Origin: Octopus vulgaris
Taxonomy: Eukaryota
Length of the DNA: 64,000 bases
Direction of reading: 5' to 3'
Assembly: GCA_951406725.2 (NCBI GenBank)
Contig: OX597817.1
Coordinates: forward strand, 118,730,001 to 118,794,000
Shown here: piece after piece, positions 23,690-35,607 of the stretch
How positions within the stretch are numbered: position 1 is the first letter of the stretch
Layout: each line of letters opens with the position of its first letter
The notes under the pieces: generated by a model
The model's database searches: none
Told to the model about the DNA's origin: nothing
Seen by the model: the letters and a program-made list of their open reading frames with translations, nothing else
Translations under genes and position numbers: made by a program

Positions 23690-24790
23690 TTTACACGAAA
23701 AGATGGCAGTTATCGATTACATTGCGATAGAAGAAACTAATATAATATCACTCACTGATGAAATGAGCTGAAACTCAGCCACTGACCCTGATGGATTTAG
23801 AGCAGTCCTCCTAAAATCACAAAGGGGCTTTAGCAAGATGCTCTTCTAAACGTTTCTTGCAAGGAAGTAGAGCAGATGCTTAAAATTATAGACCTGCGTC
23901 TCTAACCTTACGAAGTCATACAATGAATTGTCAGGAATAAACTAATCTTGTTCCCGGAAGATAATAACTTATTCCAAGAAGCTGTTTGGTTTCGCTTTGG
24001 AAGAAGCTGCCTTACACAGCTTCTGTAGACTTATGGTTTGGTGTTGAAATCGCTAAAACATGAATGTGATATATCTTGATTTTGCAAAGTCCTTTGATAA
24101 GGTTGATCATCATAGCTGAAAAACTGAGAATTGCTACATGACTTCTGAAAGAACAGAACCTAGGTTGTAGCAGTCAACAGAGCTCTCACTAAGGCGGCAT
24201 TAATTATGAGTGGAGTGCCACAGAGGATTGTCTTGAGGTCGATACCCTTTATGAAATACCTTTCAGACGTACCATAAGTTATACAGGTAGCCACTCTTTT
24301 CATTCATACTAATGTTACAAGAGTAGCTCAAAAAGACTAGAATCCTTTCGATACTGATCTTCTACAGAAAGATCTAGACGTGATACGTAAATAGAGTGAA
24401 GAAAACCTGCAATTAAGGCAGGACAATTCCTAGCCCTCCGTTTATCAACCAGCTTGTTCTAACATGCCACAACTAAAATAATTTGGACCAAAATATGCAG
24501 CAACGCCAAAATCAAGCACTGTCTGTTATGGGGGATTGATATGAGTAACGATTCATGTGCATATCACCAAGATTGTAGCAATGTGCAGTTGAATGGCCAG
24601 ATAGATTCTGAGAACTTTCAGGACAAGGAACCGAGAAACTACGCGTAGGATAAATGGAAGGCATTTACCCCCAGCCGTCTGGACAATTGCTCTCAACTAT
24701 AGTCCCTCCATAGTGTCAGTTTAATAGCGGAACCCGAAGCAGTTCGGCAATACCACACCAAAATGACTGCATCAATAAAACACTGCAGCT
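23690..24790 (+). pseudogene. Old degenerate CR1-type RT
   Basis: VIYLDFAKSFDKVDH, SGVPQRIVL, LLQKDLDVIRK and ILRTFRTR remnants, with many stops and frameshifts. Confidence 0.75.
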
Positions 24791-24869
24791 CAATACCCTG
24801 TGAACATTATAAAGGCTCTAAGACGTGACATGAACAGCTGCAACAGACTACAAAACCGTGGACAGCATG

Positions 24870-25760
24870 AATTGACACAGTAGGTGTTTTGGCTGCGTTC
24901 GCACGCCGAAATCCCTCCCATCTTTGAACAGGGTTAGGTGATGGCAGATCCGAGCAAGGGAATCCAGGCTTTGGTGAGGGAGACGAGTGTTGGAATTGCC
25001 ACCATGAAGCGAGCTCTCAATGATGACCTTCTATACCACTCGTTCAAGAGGCGCAATGAACAAATTCTGCCATTCAAGACCAAATTCAAGACCAATTGAC
25101 GAAGGCAAAGAAGCTCCTGAACAAGTTGATGCATATCTTGTTAAGCCGGCGATGACCTGATTCTTCTTCGATGAAAAGAACTTCTGCCAGGACCATTTAC
25201 AAAACATCTAGAACATCAGGTGGCTTACCTACAATCCATGTGATGTCTTAGGTATCATGAAGAATAAGTCCACAGAATCTATGATGGTCTTTGATATGCA
25301 TCCAGTGAGGAGGACGTCATGCAGCCCATCTTTGAACAGGGACTTAGCCCCAATTTAGCAACCCTCTCCCTTCATGGAGAGGGTTACTGATAGAAGGTCA
25401 TATGTGTAGCAGGAGGATTCGGCTTGATGCCATGCCTCCGAAAAGGGTTAGAAATGGAGAATTTCTACAACTTCACCAGCTCAAATTTCTGAGCTTTTAA
25501 TTTTCCCGCTTGAAATCCCATGGATTACTATGTGTGGGGTACGGTTGGCGAGAACAGCAACCACTCTGCCTGCAACACCAAGGCCGAGTTGGTGTACAAA
25601 GTCAAGGTGATGTTCGAAGATTTTTTCCAGGGACACTATAAGGAATGCATGCGCCAGGTTCCTGAGCCGTCTTACGGCCGTGCTAGAACTTAAGGGCGAC
25701 ACTTTGAGCAAACATTTATCTCTCACCCGTAATGTAGCTGAAACCTTTGAGGTTTTTTTT
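24870..25760 (+). mobile_element. Degenerate Tc1/mariner (maT/DD37D-like) transposase
   Basis: MKRALNDDLLYHSFKRR, AKKLLNKL, FFFDEKNFCQD, QEDSA.CHAS and NPMDYYVWG remnants. Confidence 0.75.
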
Positions 25761-25860
25761 AATACTTTTATTTTTGGATGGGATATTGTTTTTTTTTCTT
25801 TTATGCAAACTCTCAAATTTATCTCTAACACCATGTATACATACGTACATATATACATAC

Positions 25861-25923
<63 letters not shown>

Positions 25924-26621
25924 TTAACTCTCTTCGGCCAAACACTAAGCTTTATAAGAATCAGCTTTTTGAATCAGAAATTTTGCATTTGTAATCGAGT
26001 AACGAACATCAACGGATAGATTCTGCATTTGTGCAAGATTCAGCACAAATTCTTATTTGCTAACCGAGAGATAAAAATACAAATTTTTGCACTCGCTAAG
26101 TGAGATATTCTTCAAACTAAGAGATTACGCTAACGTCTTAGCACCAGTGAACTTTCAATATTTCACGGTTCGATATGGATACACACTTGATAAAAATATA
26201 TTTGTGTGTATGTGTGCGTGCGTGTGTATGTGTGTGTGTGTATGTTATGTGTGGAGAGAGAGATTCACACATACACATACTTAGGCTGCTATGTTTAACA
26301 ATCTCATCACATTTTCCAGACTTTCCATTCTTTTCAAAGACTTTTGTTCCTACACCGTATCAAAGCATGTAATTTAGCTGCAATTTGAAATGTTTCTATT
26401 GTTTATACACTATAAGCCTATTATTGAATTTATCATTCTTTATTAAATTTTTTTTTCTCTCGCAAAATGTAACAATACATGGTGATCTTTTGTCTTCTAC
26501 TTGTTTCAGTCAATGGACTGCGGCCGTGCTGGAGCACCGCCTTGAAGTGTCTAGTCAAACAAATCGACCGCGGTGCTTCTTTTTTAAGGCTAGTACTTAT
26601 TCTATCATCTATTTTTGCCAT

Positions 26622-26985
26622 ACGCGTAAGAGTGGTTGTGTGGTAAGTAGCTTGTTTACCAACCACGTGGTTCCATGTTCAGCCCCACTGCATGGCACCT
26701 TGGACAAGTGTCTTCTACTCTAACCTCGGGTCGACCAAAGCCTTATGAGTGGATTCGGTAGACGGAAACTGAAAGAAGCCCGTCGTATATATGCATGTAT
26801 ATATATATATATAGACCGGAGTAAACACATAAATGTGAAACAAGGTGGAAAAAGAGTACTCAAATACCAGTGGTAGAGTAATATGCTTTATTTTAAGCAG
26901 CAGAAAATTCAACAAAATCTGTTACTCCGGCAACGAGAAACTCAGAGTAACAGATTTTGTTGAATTTTCTGCTGCTTAAAATAAA

Positions 26986-27023
<38 letters not shown>

Positions 27024-27252
27024 ATATGTTTGTGTGTCTGTGTTTGCCCCCCCACCACCACCACCAACATCGCTTGACAACCGATGCTGGTGTGTTTACG
27101 TCACCATAACATAGCGGTTCGGCAAAAGAGATCGATAGAATAAGTACTAGGCTTACAAAGAATAAGTCCTGGGGTCGATTTGCTCGACTAAAGGTGGTGC
27201 TCCAGCATGGCCACAGTCAAATGACTGAAACAAGTAAAAGAGTACAAGAGTA
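26622..27252 (+). mobile_element. SINE family B, full length, interrupted in its (TA)n by a fold-back insert
   Basis: 5' half at 26622-26800 and 3' half at 27025-27252; insert at 26813-26991. Confidence 0.85.
26881..26991. repeat. Inverted repeat, 47-bp arms, 17-nt spacer, containing the 3' half of a hammerhead
   Basis: 26881-26927 is the reverse complement of 26945-26991 (1 mismatch). The spacer plus right arm reads GAAA-ctc-a-gag-TA-acag, the same HHR family as 16561. Confidence 0.9.
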
Positions 27253-28729
27253 AACCCCTAGGGTTACGGGAAACGTAAATAAACGAGTACTGGAGTGCCA
27301 AACGGTAAGGTAGAAACACACACATACACACATACCTGATAGACTTGCACACAGTTACCTACCACTAAATTCAGTCACAAGGTAATAATCGAAGAATTTT
27401 CCCAAGGAGCCGCATAGCTGGCAGCGAATTACGTGGATCAAGGGCTGAAGAGATTTCAACAATCATTTTCTGGAAATTGAGACATGAACGCAGTCTATGT
27501 GTTACGATTGTTCTTTTAGATGGAGCAAGCACTACGTCGAGTTAAATATCTTGTCCCCAAACAAAGGCTAATGCATTCGCTCCAAATGTACTCTTTACCC
27601 ACTTTTGTGTTTTTGATTTAACCTTGGTTCCAATCGATGCTGTAAGTAATGCTATATGGTACAGCTTCTAGAATGACTACACCTTTTACTCAAGCACCCA
27701 ATAGTCCAGTTGTAACGTATTAACCATGTTATTCTTTTATTGTTCAGGACTTTGGCAGTTGTTTGGCAATAACAAAGTTGGTGACAAAATGTATATTTAG
27801 TACCTACTTCGTGACTAAATCGTAATGTTATTTAGCTTCTCTTGATTTTCTTGCGATTTCTTTTTTCGTCTAAATAAATTCATGGCTTTCTTCGGGCGTT
27901 CAAAAGCGTTAATCAAATTACGTCACATTCAAGCCTTGTCAATGCTAACTTACTTCTCTTCGTTATTGAAATTCAAATATATTTGTTTAGATTTATATAG
28001 AAGAGTCAGTCATTTAATTTCCTTAGCACTACGCAATATTTCTTAATGTCCAGCACAATTGTGTTAGTTACAAAAAGTGTGTAAAAATGACTAAAGATCT
28101 ATTATTGATTTCCTTAAACTAAGAGGAAGAAGATATCGATCGAACATTTTCTTTCATGAATCCAAATGCTTTAGCTAATTAAAGTAGTTGATTGTGTTTG
28201 TATGGCTTTCAATTAAAATATAATACAGTGACGTTAAAGACAGGTTTGATAATTACAAATATCATTTTGCCTTTTGAGAGTAAAAGAGGAGAGTTTCGTG
28301 TTAGTTTGAATTAAGATTGCTTATCAATTGGTAACGAAGCCTGATATTGCCAGGGGAAATGTATAAACTCTAAAAGAAACACGCTAGACAATTTGACATG
28401 AAAGTTCTGCTACAGGTAAATTATGTATGTTAAAAACGGGGATTGTCAACTAGATAATGAAGCAGAAGACACGAACAGCTAGGTCATTGAAAATTTGAAA
28501 CACCAGGTAAAGAGAGTTTATGTTGCATACAATTTTAGTAAGATAAAATTAGTCACGAAACCAATTTGTGAAGAGAAACTGCAAGGGAGTGTAAATACGA
28601 ACATTTAAGAACATTAGTAATATAATTCCAGACGGTTGAAGAATGAAAAGCAACATTGAATGTAATTATTTTTCCATTATTATTACTAATATTATTATTG
28701 TTGTTGTTGTTGTTTCTTTTCATTATAAC

Positions 28730-29540
28730 TTTATTTTAGCTGCCTAAGTAACGGGCATCCTCCAGAGGCCAAGAGTAGCAAGGACACTTGTTTTGCTATG
28801 CATGCTAACATTATCACCACATTTATTCCATTTAGATGGAGAATGCTCTCCGTAGTATATGGACTGTACCCATCAAGGTTACTTTTTGTAGTTCACGGAA
28901 ATTGGAGTTACCAGGGAGTTGCTCGATATACTTCTCAGCTCCCTTCTTTATCGTCCCCAACACACCAATTACTACTGGTATTATTGTAGTACTAAGCTTC
29001 CAGATTTTTTTAATTTCAATTTGCAGACCTTTATAGTGAGACAGCTTTTTGTATTCCTTTCTTGAGACATTTTGATCTTGTGGGACAGTCATATCTATTA
29101 ACAGACAAGTTCTTCTATTGTAGTCCTTGATTCCAATGTCTGGTGAATTGGAGTCACTTTTTCTGCCTGTTTGTATTGGGAAGTCCCAAAGGATAGTGAC
29201 GCCTTCGCCATTTACAACATGCTCTGGATGGTGCTTGTACCACTTATCATGGGATTTAATTTTGTAGTATTTACAAGCATTCCAGTGGATGTACTGCACT
29301 AGTCTGTCATGTCTTATGAAGTACTCCTTTTCAGCGACGACTGAGCAGCCAGAAACAACATGATCAATTGTCTCTGTGAATTTTCCTCAAATTCTGCACG
29401 AGGGGTCAGATCCATATTTAAGTAGTCATTGGTGTGTTAATTTTTATCAATATCTGGCTTGGACAGGCGGTTATGGTAATTTCTATGCACGAGTTTACCT
29501 TTCCAGTTATCTTCGACATGCAAACCTTCTTTGCTTTTAC
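28730..29540 (-). mobile_element. 3' part of a Dong/R4-clade non-LTR retrotransposon (CCHC + REL endonuclease)
   Basis: ETIDHVVSGC..RHD, ILWDFPIQT, PDIGIKD..LIDMTVP, IPVVIGVLGTI and VHILRRAF. TTA/TAA-type repeats flank both sides. Confidence 0.85.
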
Positions 29541-29595
29541 ATATTATTATTATTATTATTATTATTATTTATTATTAAGTATTTAAGGTGATGTA

Positions 29596-29988
29596 GGCGG
29601 CAAGCTAACAGAATCATTAGCATGCTGGGAAAATGCTTAGCGACATTTCGTCCGTCGATACGTTCTGAGTTCAAATTCTGCCGAGGCCGACTGTACCTTT
29701 CATCATTTCAGGATCGATGAATTAAGTACCACTGAAACACTGGACTCGATGTAATCTACTACTCCCCTCATCCAAAATTTCAGGCCTTATATCTTAAGTA
29801 GAAATGATCATTTAATGCGATGAGCTGGCAGAATCGTTATCACGCCAGGCAAAAATGCTTAGTGACAGTTCGTCAGTCTTTACGTTCTGAGGTCAAATTC
29901 CGCCGAGGTCAACTTTAACTCTCATCTTTTGGAGGTCGAAAATCTAAGTACCAGCTGAATACTGGGGTAGGTGTAATAGACTAGAACC

Positions 29989-29990
<2 letters not shown>
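29596..29990 (+). mobile_element. Two tandem SINE family A copies
   Basis: Heads 'gcaagctaacagaatcattagcatgctgg' (29600) and 'gagctggcagaatcgttatcacgccagg' (29822). Confidence 0.8.
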
Positions 29991-30020
<30 letters not shown>

Positions 30021-30199
30021 TACGCATACACACTTCACCGAAATTGATGGCTATGTGCCAAAATTTGAAATCGTTAGTATTATTATTATTATTATTAGAT
30101 AAAGGGATATTGGAAGGCCCGTTTAAAGGATCCGAAAAAGGATCAACCCAAACCAAGAGTAAGTGATTGACTCTTCTTTTGTTTCTTCCTCTCCTCCTG

Positions 30200-31040
30200 G
30201 ATGGCAGTTCTAAAAATAGGTTGTTTAAATGCTTGGGGTCTAAGGGCAGCGTGGAAACAGGGTCACCTGATCAACGACCTCAGGTCACTGTCTGAACGAA
30301 ATAGCCATTATTGAAACTAGAATTTCCGAAACGCAATCGCTTGCTCTTCTTCTGGACGACTACGAGATTTATACCTCCTTTGGACAGCCTGGATCAAATG
30401 GCGTCGCAGTGCTTTTTCGGAAAGGCCTTGACTTGAAGGTATATAGGGTTTTCCTCGACCCGGCTGGTATGATGGGGATTTGGGACGCAAGCAACAAAGA
30501 AGGCAACGGGGGAGCTTTCAGACTAGTGGCAGTCTATGCTCCAACAAGAGCTGGACAGCCAGATTTCTTTAGATGTCTAGAGACTTTCCTAGGGATATTT
30601 CGCTTATTACTGTTAGTCGGCGTCTGGAATGTGCTCTTAGACACAAGCAAAGATTATGTAGGAGCAGCGGATAGGAGAGTGGTGTGCAAAGGCCTTGCTA
30701 ACTTCCTCAGGCATTTCCAACTGTGTGACAGGGGTCGTCTCGATCATCTGAATACTCCAGTGGGGTCTTGGTCAAATCACAGTGGGTCATCCAGGTTATA
30801 CTTAGATATGGTTTTTATTAGGCTAGTAGATAGGCATAGAATAAGTTGCCCACATTTTCAGATCGATGATTATTCAGATCACAAATTCGGGACCTTTACA
30901 GTCAACTTAGGAAAAACTATCAGACTAGGACCTGGCTAATGGAAGATGAACGCGTCCTTCCCGACGTGAAAGATTTCAGGGACCAAATTAGTAGACTACT
31001 TAAGCAGCAATTGATAGGAGCCATTATAAGCAACGATGGT
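30200..31040 (+). pseudogene. Tx1/L1-clade ORF2 APE endonuclease remnant
   Basis: MAVLKIGCLNAWGL, IAIIETRI, GVAVLF, VAVYAP, LVGVWN (GDWN), YLDMVF, YSDHK and G*WKMNAS. Confidence 0.85.
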
Positions 31041-31145
31041 GGATCTCCTTAAAATTTATTTTAATCTCAATTTATCCACGACACGTCACTATGTGCGTAT
31101 GTGTGTGTTCCCGCGCACGCGGCGCGTGTATCTATCTACCTATTT

Positions 31146-31533
31146 TCTCTTTTACTTGTTTCAGTCATTTGACTGTGGCCATGCTGGAGCACCGCCTTTA
31201 ATCGAGCAACTCGACCCCGGGACTTATTCTTTGTAAGCCCAGTACTTATTCTATCGATCTCTTTTTGCTGAACCGCTAAGTGACGGGGACATAAACACAC
31301 CAGCATTGGTTGTCAAGCAATGTTAGGGAGACAAACACACAAACACACACACACACATATACATATATACGACGGGCTTCTTTCAGTTTCCGTCAACCAA
31401 ATCCACTCACAAGGCTTTGGTCGGCCCAAGGTTATAGTAGAAGACACTTACCCAAGGTGCCACGCAGTGGGACTGAACCTGGAACCATGTGGTTGGTTAG
31501 CAAGCTACTTACCACACAGCCACTCCTGTGCCT
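31146..31533 (-). mobile_element. SINE family B, full length, young
   Basis: Intact tRNA-like head on the minus strand (tggctgtgtggtaag...ggttcagtccc), CORE-like 'accttgggtaagtgtctt' and the 3' tail. Confidence 0.9.
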
Positions 31534-31544
31534 ATCTATCTTAT

Positions 31545-31855
31545 TTCTTTATTACGCACAAGAGGCTAAACATAGAGGGGACAAACAAGGACAGACGAAG
31601 GGATTAAGTCGATTACATCGACTCCAGTGAGCAACTGGTACTTAATTTATCGACCCCGAAAGGATGAAAGGCAAAGTCGACCTCGGCATAAGTGAATAAC
31701 CCTTTCTACTCTAGGCAAAAGGCCTGAAATGTTGGGGCCCAGTCGACTACAGCGACCCCAGTATGTCACTAGTACTTATTTTACCGACCCCGAAAGGATG
31801 AAAGGCAAAGTCGACCTTGGCGGAATTTGAACTCAGAACGTAGCGACGGGTGAAA
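31545..31855 (-). mobile_element. Two SINE family A copies
   Basis: 'cgaccccgaaaggatgaaaggcaaagtcgacct' occurs twice. Confidence 0.85.
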
Positions 31856-32554
31856 CTCATCTATCTATCTGTCTACCTACCGACGTGTGCATACGAATGT
31901 GTGTTAATATATACACTCACGTGTGAGTGTGTGTGTGTGTGTAGATGTTTGGATAGATGGATGGATGACGAATGCACGACAGACTGCCGTAGAAAGTTGA
32001 AATGTTGGGGACCGAATTTCTACAAGGTTACATTTCCACGGCGGTTTAATGCTATCAATGGAGCAGCAAATTAGATCACAACTATTTGCATAGTAAGTAG
32101 AGTCACATATAGATTAAAAGAGCAAGCAGAAAACAAATAGTTGATATTTCAGATACTTCATTACGAATCTATCAGTAATCAATGATTAATAAATAAATAA
32201 ATAAATCACTAACAATATCTTCAGTTGACAAACTAAAATATAACTCTATCGAAATTTTTTCGTTTTATATACATTGATCATGTTATAACCAATAATAATA
32301 ATAATAATAATAAAACAGAGAAGGAAGATTAGAAAAATAACAACACAAGTAGAAAATAATTCGTCAAATCAAATATATAATATAGTGATTTTTAGGGCAT
32401 CTCATATAAAAGCAGAACGTTGGAATAATATGAATTGAGGTGAATAACGGGGCACAATAACGGGTGAACAATATGTCATAGGGATAACATGAAATGAAAT
32501 GAAATATAAAAAACTGCAAGTAAAATAAAGAAAAAAATATAAAATGATGTACGT

Positions 32555-32869
32555 TTTATCTTTTACTTGTTTCAGTAATTGTACTGCGGCCATGCTGGGG
32601 CAACACCTTGAAGAATTTAATCAAACAAATCGCCCCCCATGACTATTCTGTCATCTACTTTTGCCGAATCGCTTAGTTACCTGTTGTCAAGCGATGACAA
32701 GGGACAAACACATACATTCACACACATTCGTCTACCAAATCCACTCACAAGATTGGTCTGTCCGGGGCTATAGTATAAGACGCTTGCCCAAGGTGCCACG
32801 CAATAGGACTGAACCAGAATCATGTGGTTGAGAAGCAAGCTTTTTACCTCAAAGCCACACCTGCGCCTA

Positions 32870-32870
<1 letters not shown>
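32555..32870 (-). mobile_element. SINE family B, decayed
   Basis: Family B landmarks are present, with deletions. Confidence 0.75.
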
Positions 32871-32949
<79 letters not shown>

Positions 32950-33060
32950 ATATACATAGATATATATCGACCTACAAATTATGTGTAGGCCAAGGATGCG
33001 TTACAGAAATTAGCAGATTTTTATTCGGGTTATTCTAATTATTTAGAAAAAGATGGTATA

Positions 33061-34331
33061 TGAGGGTGGGCTGAAAAGTTCATAGGATGACCATGATGCA
33101 ATGGTGGAACTTGACCAAACGTGTTTTATTTTTCTATATAGTCTGCCCTGCGATCTGTATACTTCTTCCAGTGTTGTAGCGCTTGGATTCCCATGGTATA
33201 GAAATTCTCATCCTGACCCTCAAAATGTCCTGAACAGCAGATATAACGTCAGCATCAGCCCGATACTGCTTCCCAGCCAAGTATTTTTTCATGTTAAGGA
33301 ACAGAAAATGGTCAGATGGTGTCAAACCAAGAGAAGATGGACGGTGCTCAACCAGTTCAAAGCCACAGTCGTGCACAGCAGCGATTGCGACTACAGACTT
33401 GTGTGCAGAAGTATTGTCCTGGTGAACAGGATCTCCTTCATCAGTTTCCCGGGCCGTTTTACTTGATTGCCTTTTGCAGCTGCCGCAGCAAGTTGGCATA
33501 GTATTCTCCATTGATAATATGGCCTTTCTGAAGGTAGTCAATGAACACAATGCCCTTTGCATCACGGAAGACGGAGTTCATCACCTTCCCTGCCGATAAC
33601 ACCACACTAGCCTTCTTTGGGGTGGGGAAGAAGACGAGTGATTCCACAGCATTGACTGCCGATTGGTCTCTGGCTCAAAGTATAGGACCCAACTTTCAAG
33701 AAAACCGGCTGGATTTGCTTCAAAAAGTACCAAGTTCGCCTGCGATATGACCAGTCTGGTGTGCTTTTGATCAGGGTCGAAAGTCGTGGCATCCACCGAG
33801 CGGAAACATTCGACATGCCAAATTCGCTACGCAGGATGCTCTCAACTCGTTCATGATAGACGCCTACAGCATTAGCTATCTGATTAACATTTAAACGTCT
33901 GTCATCCATCACCATGTGGTGAACACGGTCGATGTTTTCTTGGGTGGTGGCTGTGGCAGGACGTCCGGACCTTGGATCGATCATATTCAAGACTCCCCCT
34001 TCTCCTCTTGAATTCCGCTGCCCATTTTTGCACAGTTGATAAAACTGGATCATCATCCCATAATGTAGCAATCATGTCAACATGAATGTCCTTGGGGGCT
34101 AACCCCTTTTTCTGCAGATATTTGATAACTTCACGATGCCAAATTTTATCCATTTTCACGAAATGTCTCTCGTACCACTTTTCCAAGTCCTCAATTCTGT
34201 ATCCAATGTGGGTTTATCTGTAAAGAAAAAATGCAGATAGCATCAATAAAGGTTGAAATTAATGCATGCCAAGATTAATTTCTGTATAATATCTCTTTCT
34301 TAGTCTGTCTATGAACTTTTCATCCCATCTG
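33061..34331 (-). mobile_element. Full-length degenerate mariner (DD34D-type) transposon
   Basis: TIRs gggctgaaaagttcatag / ctatgaacttttcatccc. Transposase MDKIWHREVIKYL..KWAAEFKR..DPRSGRP..RWMPRL..HQDNTSAHKS..LTPSDHFLF is split by frameshifts. Confidence 0.92.
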
Positions 34332-34339
34332 CTTTAGTT

Positions 34340-35075
34340 CTCTATTTATTGCTCTGTGGTTCTTTTTTTTTTATATTCTGAGTATTTCCTATATCGTTTT
34401 CTCCTTTATTATTACTTTGCTCTAATTGGCTTTCATTAAGTTCATCGCTGCTCTTATGAGCAGTATCAACATTCATATTAATATATTCACTGTCAGCAGT
34501 ATTTTCCATGTAATTGCTCGCTCTAATAATTGGGAAGAAACTAGTCAAGCATGTTTCAATAATTACAATGAAATTAATAGAGTCCTTATTAGATAAATTA
34601 TTCCTGAGTAAGTCCTCATTAACCGTGTTTTTTTTTTCTGGTTTAATTTCTTATTACTTTTATGTATATAGTACTCAAGATTACTGGAATTTGGACATGA
34701 TACCTTCACTGTGTGCCTGGTAAAAAACCCGTTGTATGTGTTCATTTGCTGGTAGTCTAGATATTCGATTAGATAGTCCTTTTATTATAGAGGGTGGGTG
34801 GTTTGACTATACATTAATATACCTCAGGTTCTTTTTGGGGGGCTTGTAGAATGGCTCAAATAATCCTGTATCCAAATTAAATGTTACATCTAGAAAATTT
34901 ACCTTATAGTAATTACTTTCGATAGTAACAGGTAATCTAAAATGTTTGAAGAATTTACTAGGTCGTTTTCTGTGTCTCTCCCTTTCTACTTTACAACATC
35001 GATCTAGTACGAAAAGGACATCGTCCCTACATAGACCCCCATCTCCCCCCATCGTAGGAATCCAGGATTCGATCT
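34340..35075 (-). pseudogene. Penelope-like element RT/thumb remnant
   Basis: GLCRDDVL (GLYRDDGL), VTIESN..VNFLDVTFNL, PFYKP..LRYINV*SNHPPSIIK. Confidence 0.8.
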
Positions 35076-35541
35076 AGGATATGATATATTCCCGGACAAG
35101 ATCAGTGACGTGCTAGAAATAGCAGCCAAATATTTGGAGGTGAGATACATTGAATACACTTAAAAAAACTATGAAAAAAACTATTTCACACCGAGATTAC
35201 GAACGGGTCTTTTACAATATATTTACCGTATTTCTAAAGTTGCTTTCACTTTAGAATATTTTTTCAATATGCCAAAATAATTTTGCAGTGATATTCACTT
35301 GAAAATAATTTTTAAAAACACTTTAAAATATTGTCTGTTTAAAGAAAGCTAAAATATAAATTCTTACTGTACAAACAACTTACATTTTTGAAATCACTTT
35401 CACTTAAAAATATTTCTAAATGGCAAAAATATTGTGTTTAACGAAAGCAAAAATAGAAACGTTTACTGTAACACAAAATCGTATTTTTTCGTTGTCAGCT
35501 CACTGTGTCTAATAGTAAGATAAGAGTTTCTTCCCTTTCAG

Positions 35542-35607
35542 GATGAAGATTATTTTCAGAACATTTTCCCATTATGCGCCAGTTTAGCTGAGAAACATTG
35601 CAAGCAA
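35542..35607 (+). other. Candidate 66-nt host exon (DEDYFQNIFPLCASLAEKHCKQ)
   Basis: Branch-like ctaat (~35509), acceptor tttcttccctttcAG, donor CAA|gtaaga. Open only in phase 0; length divisible by 3. Confidence 0.3.
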
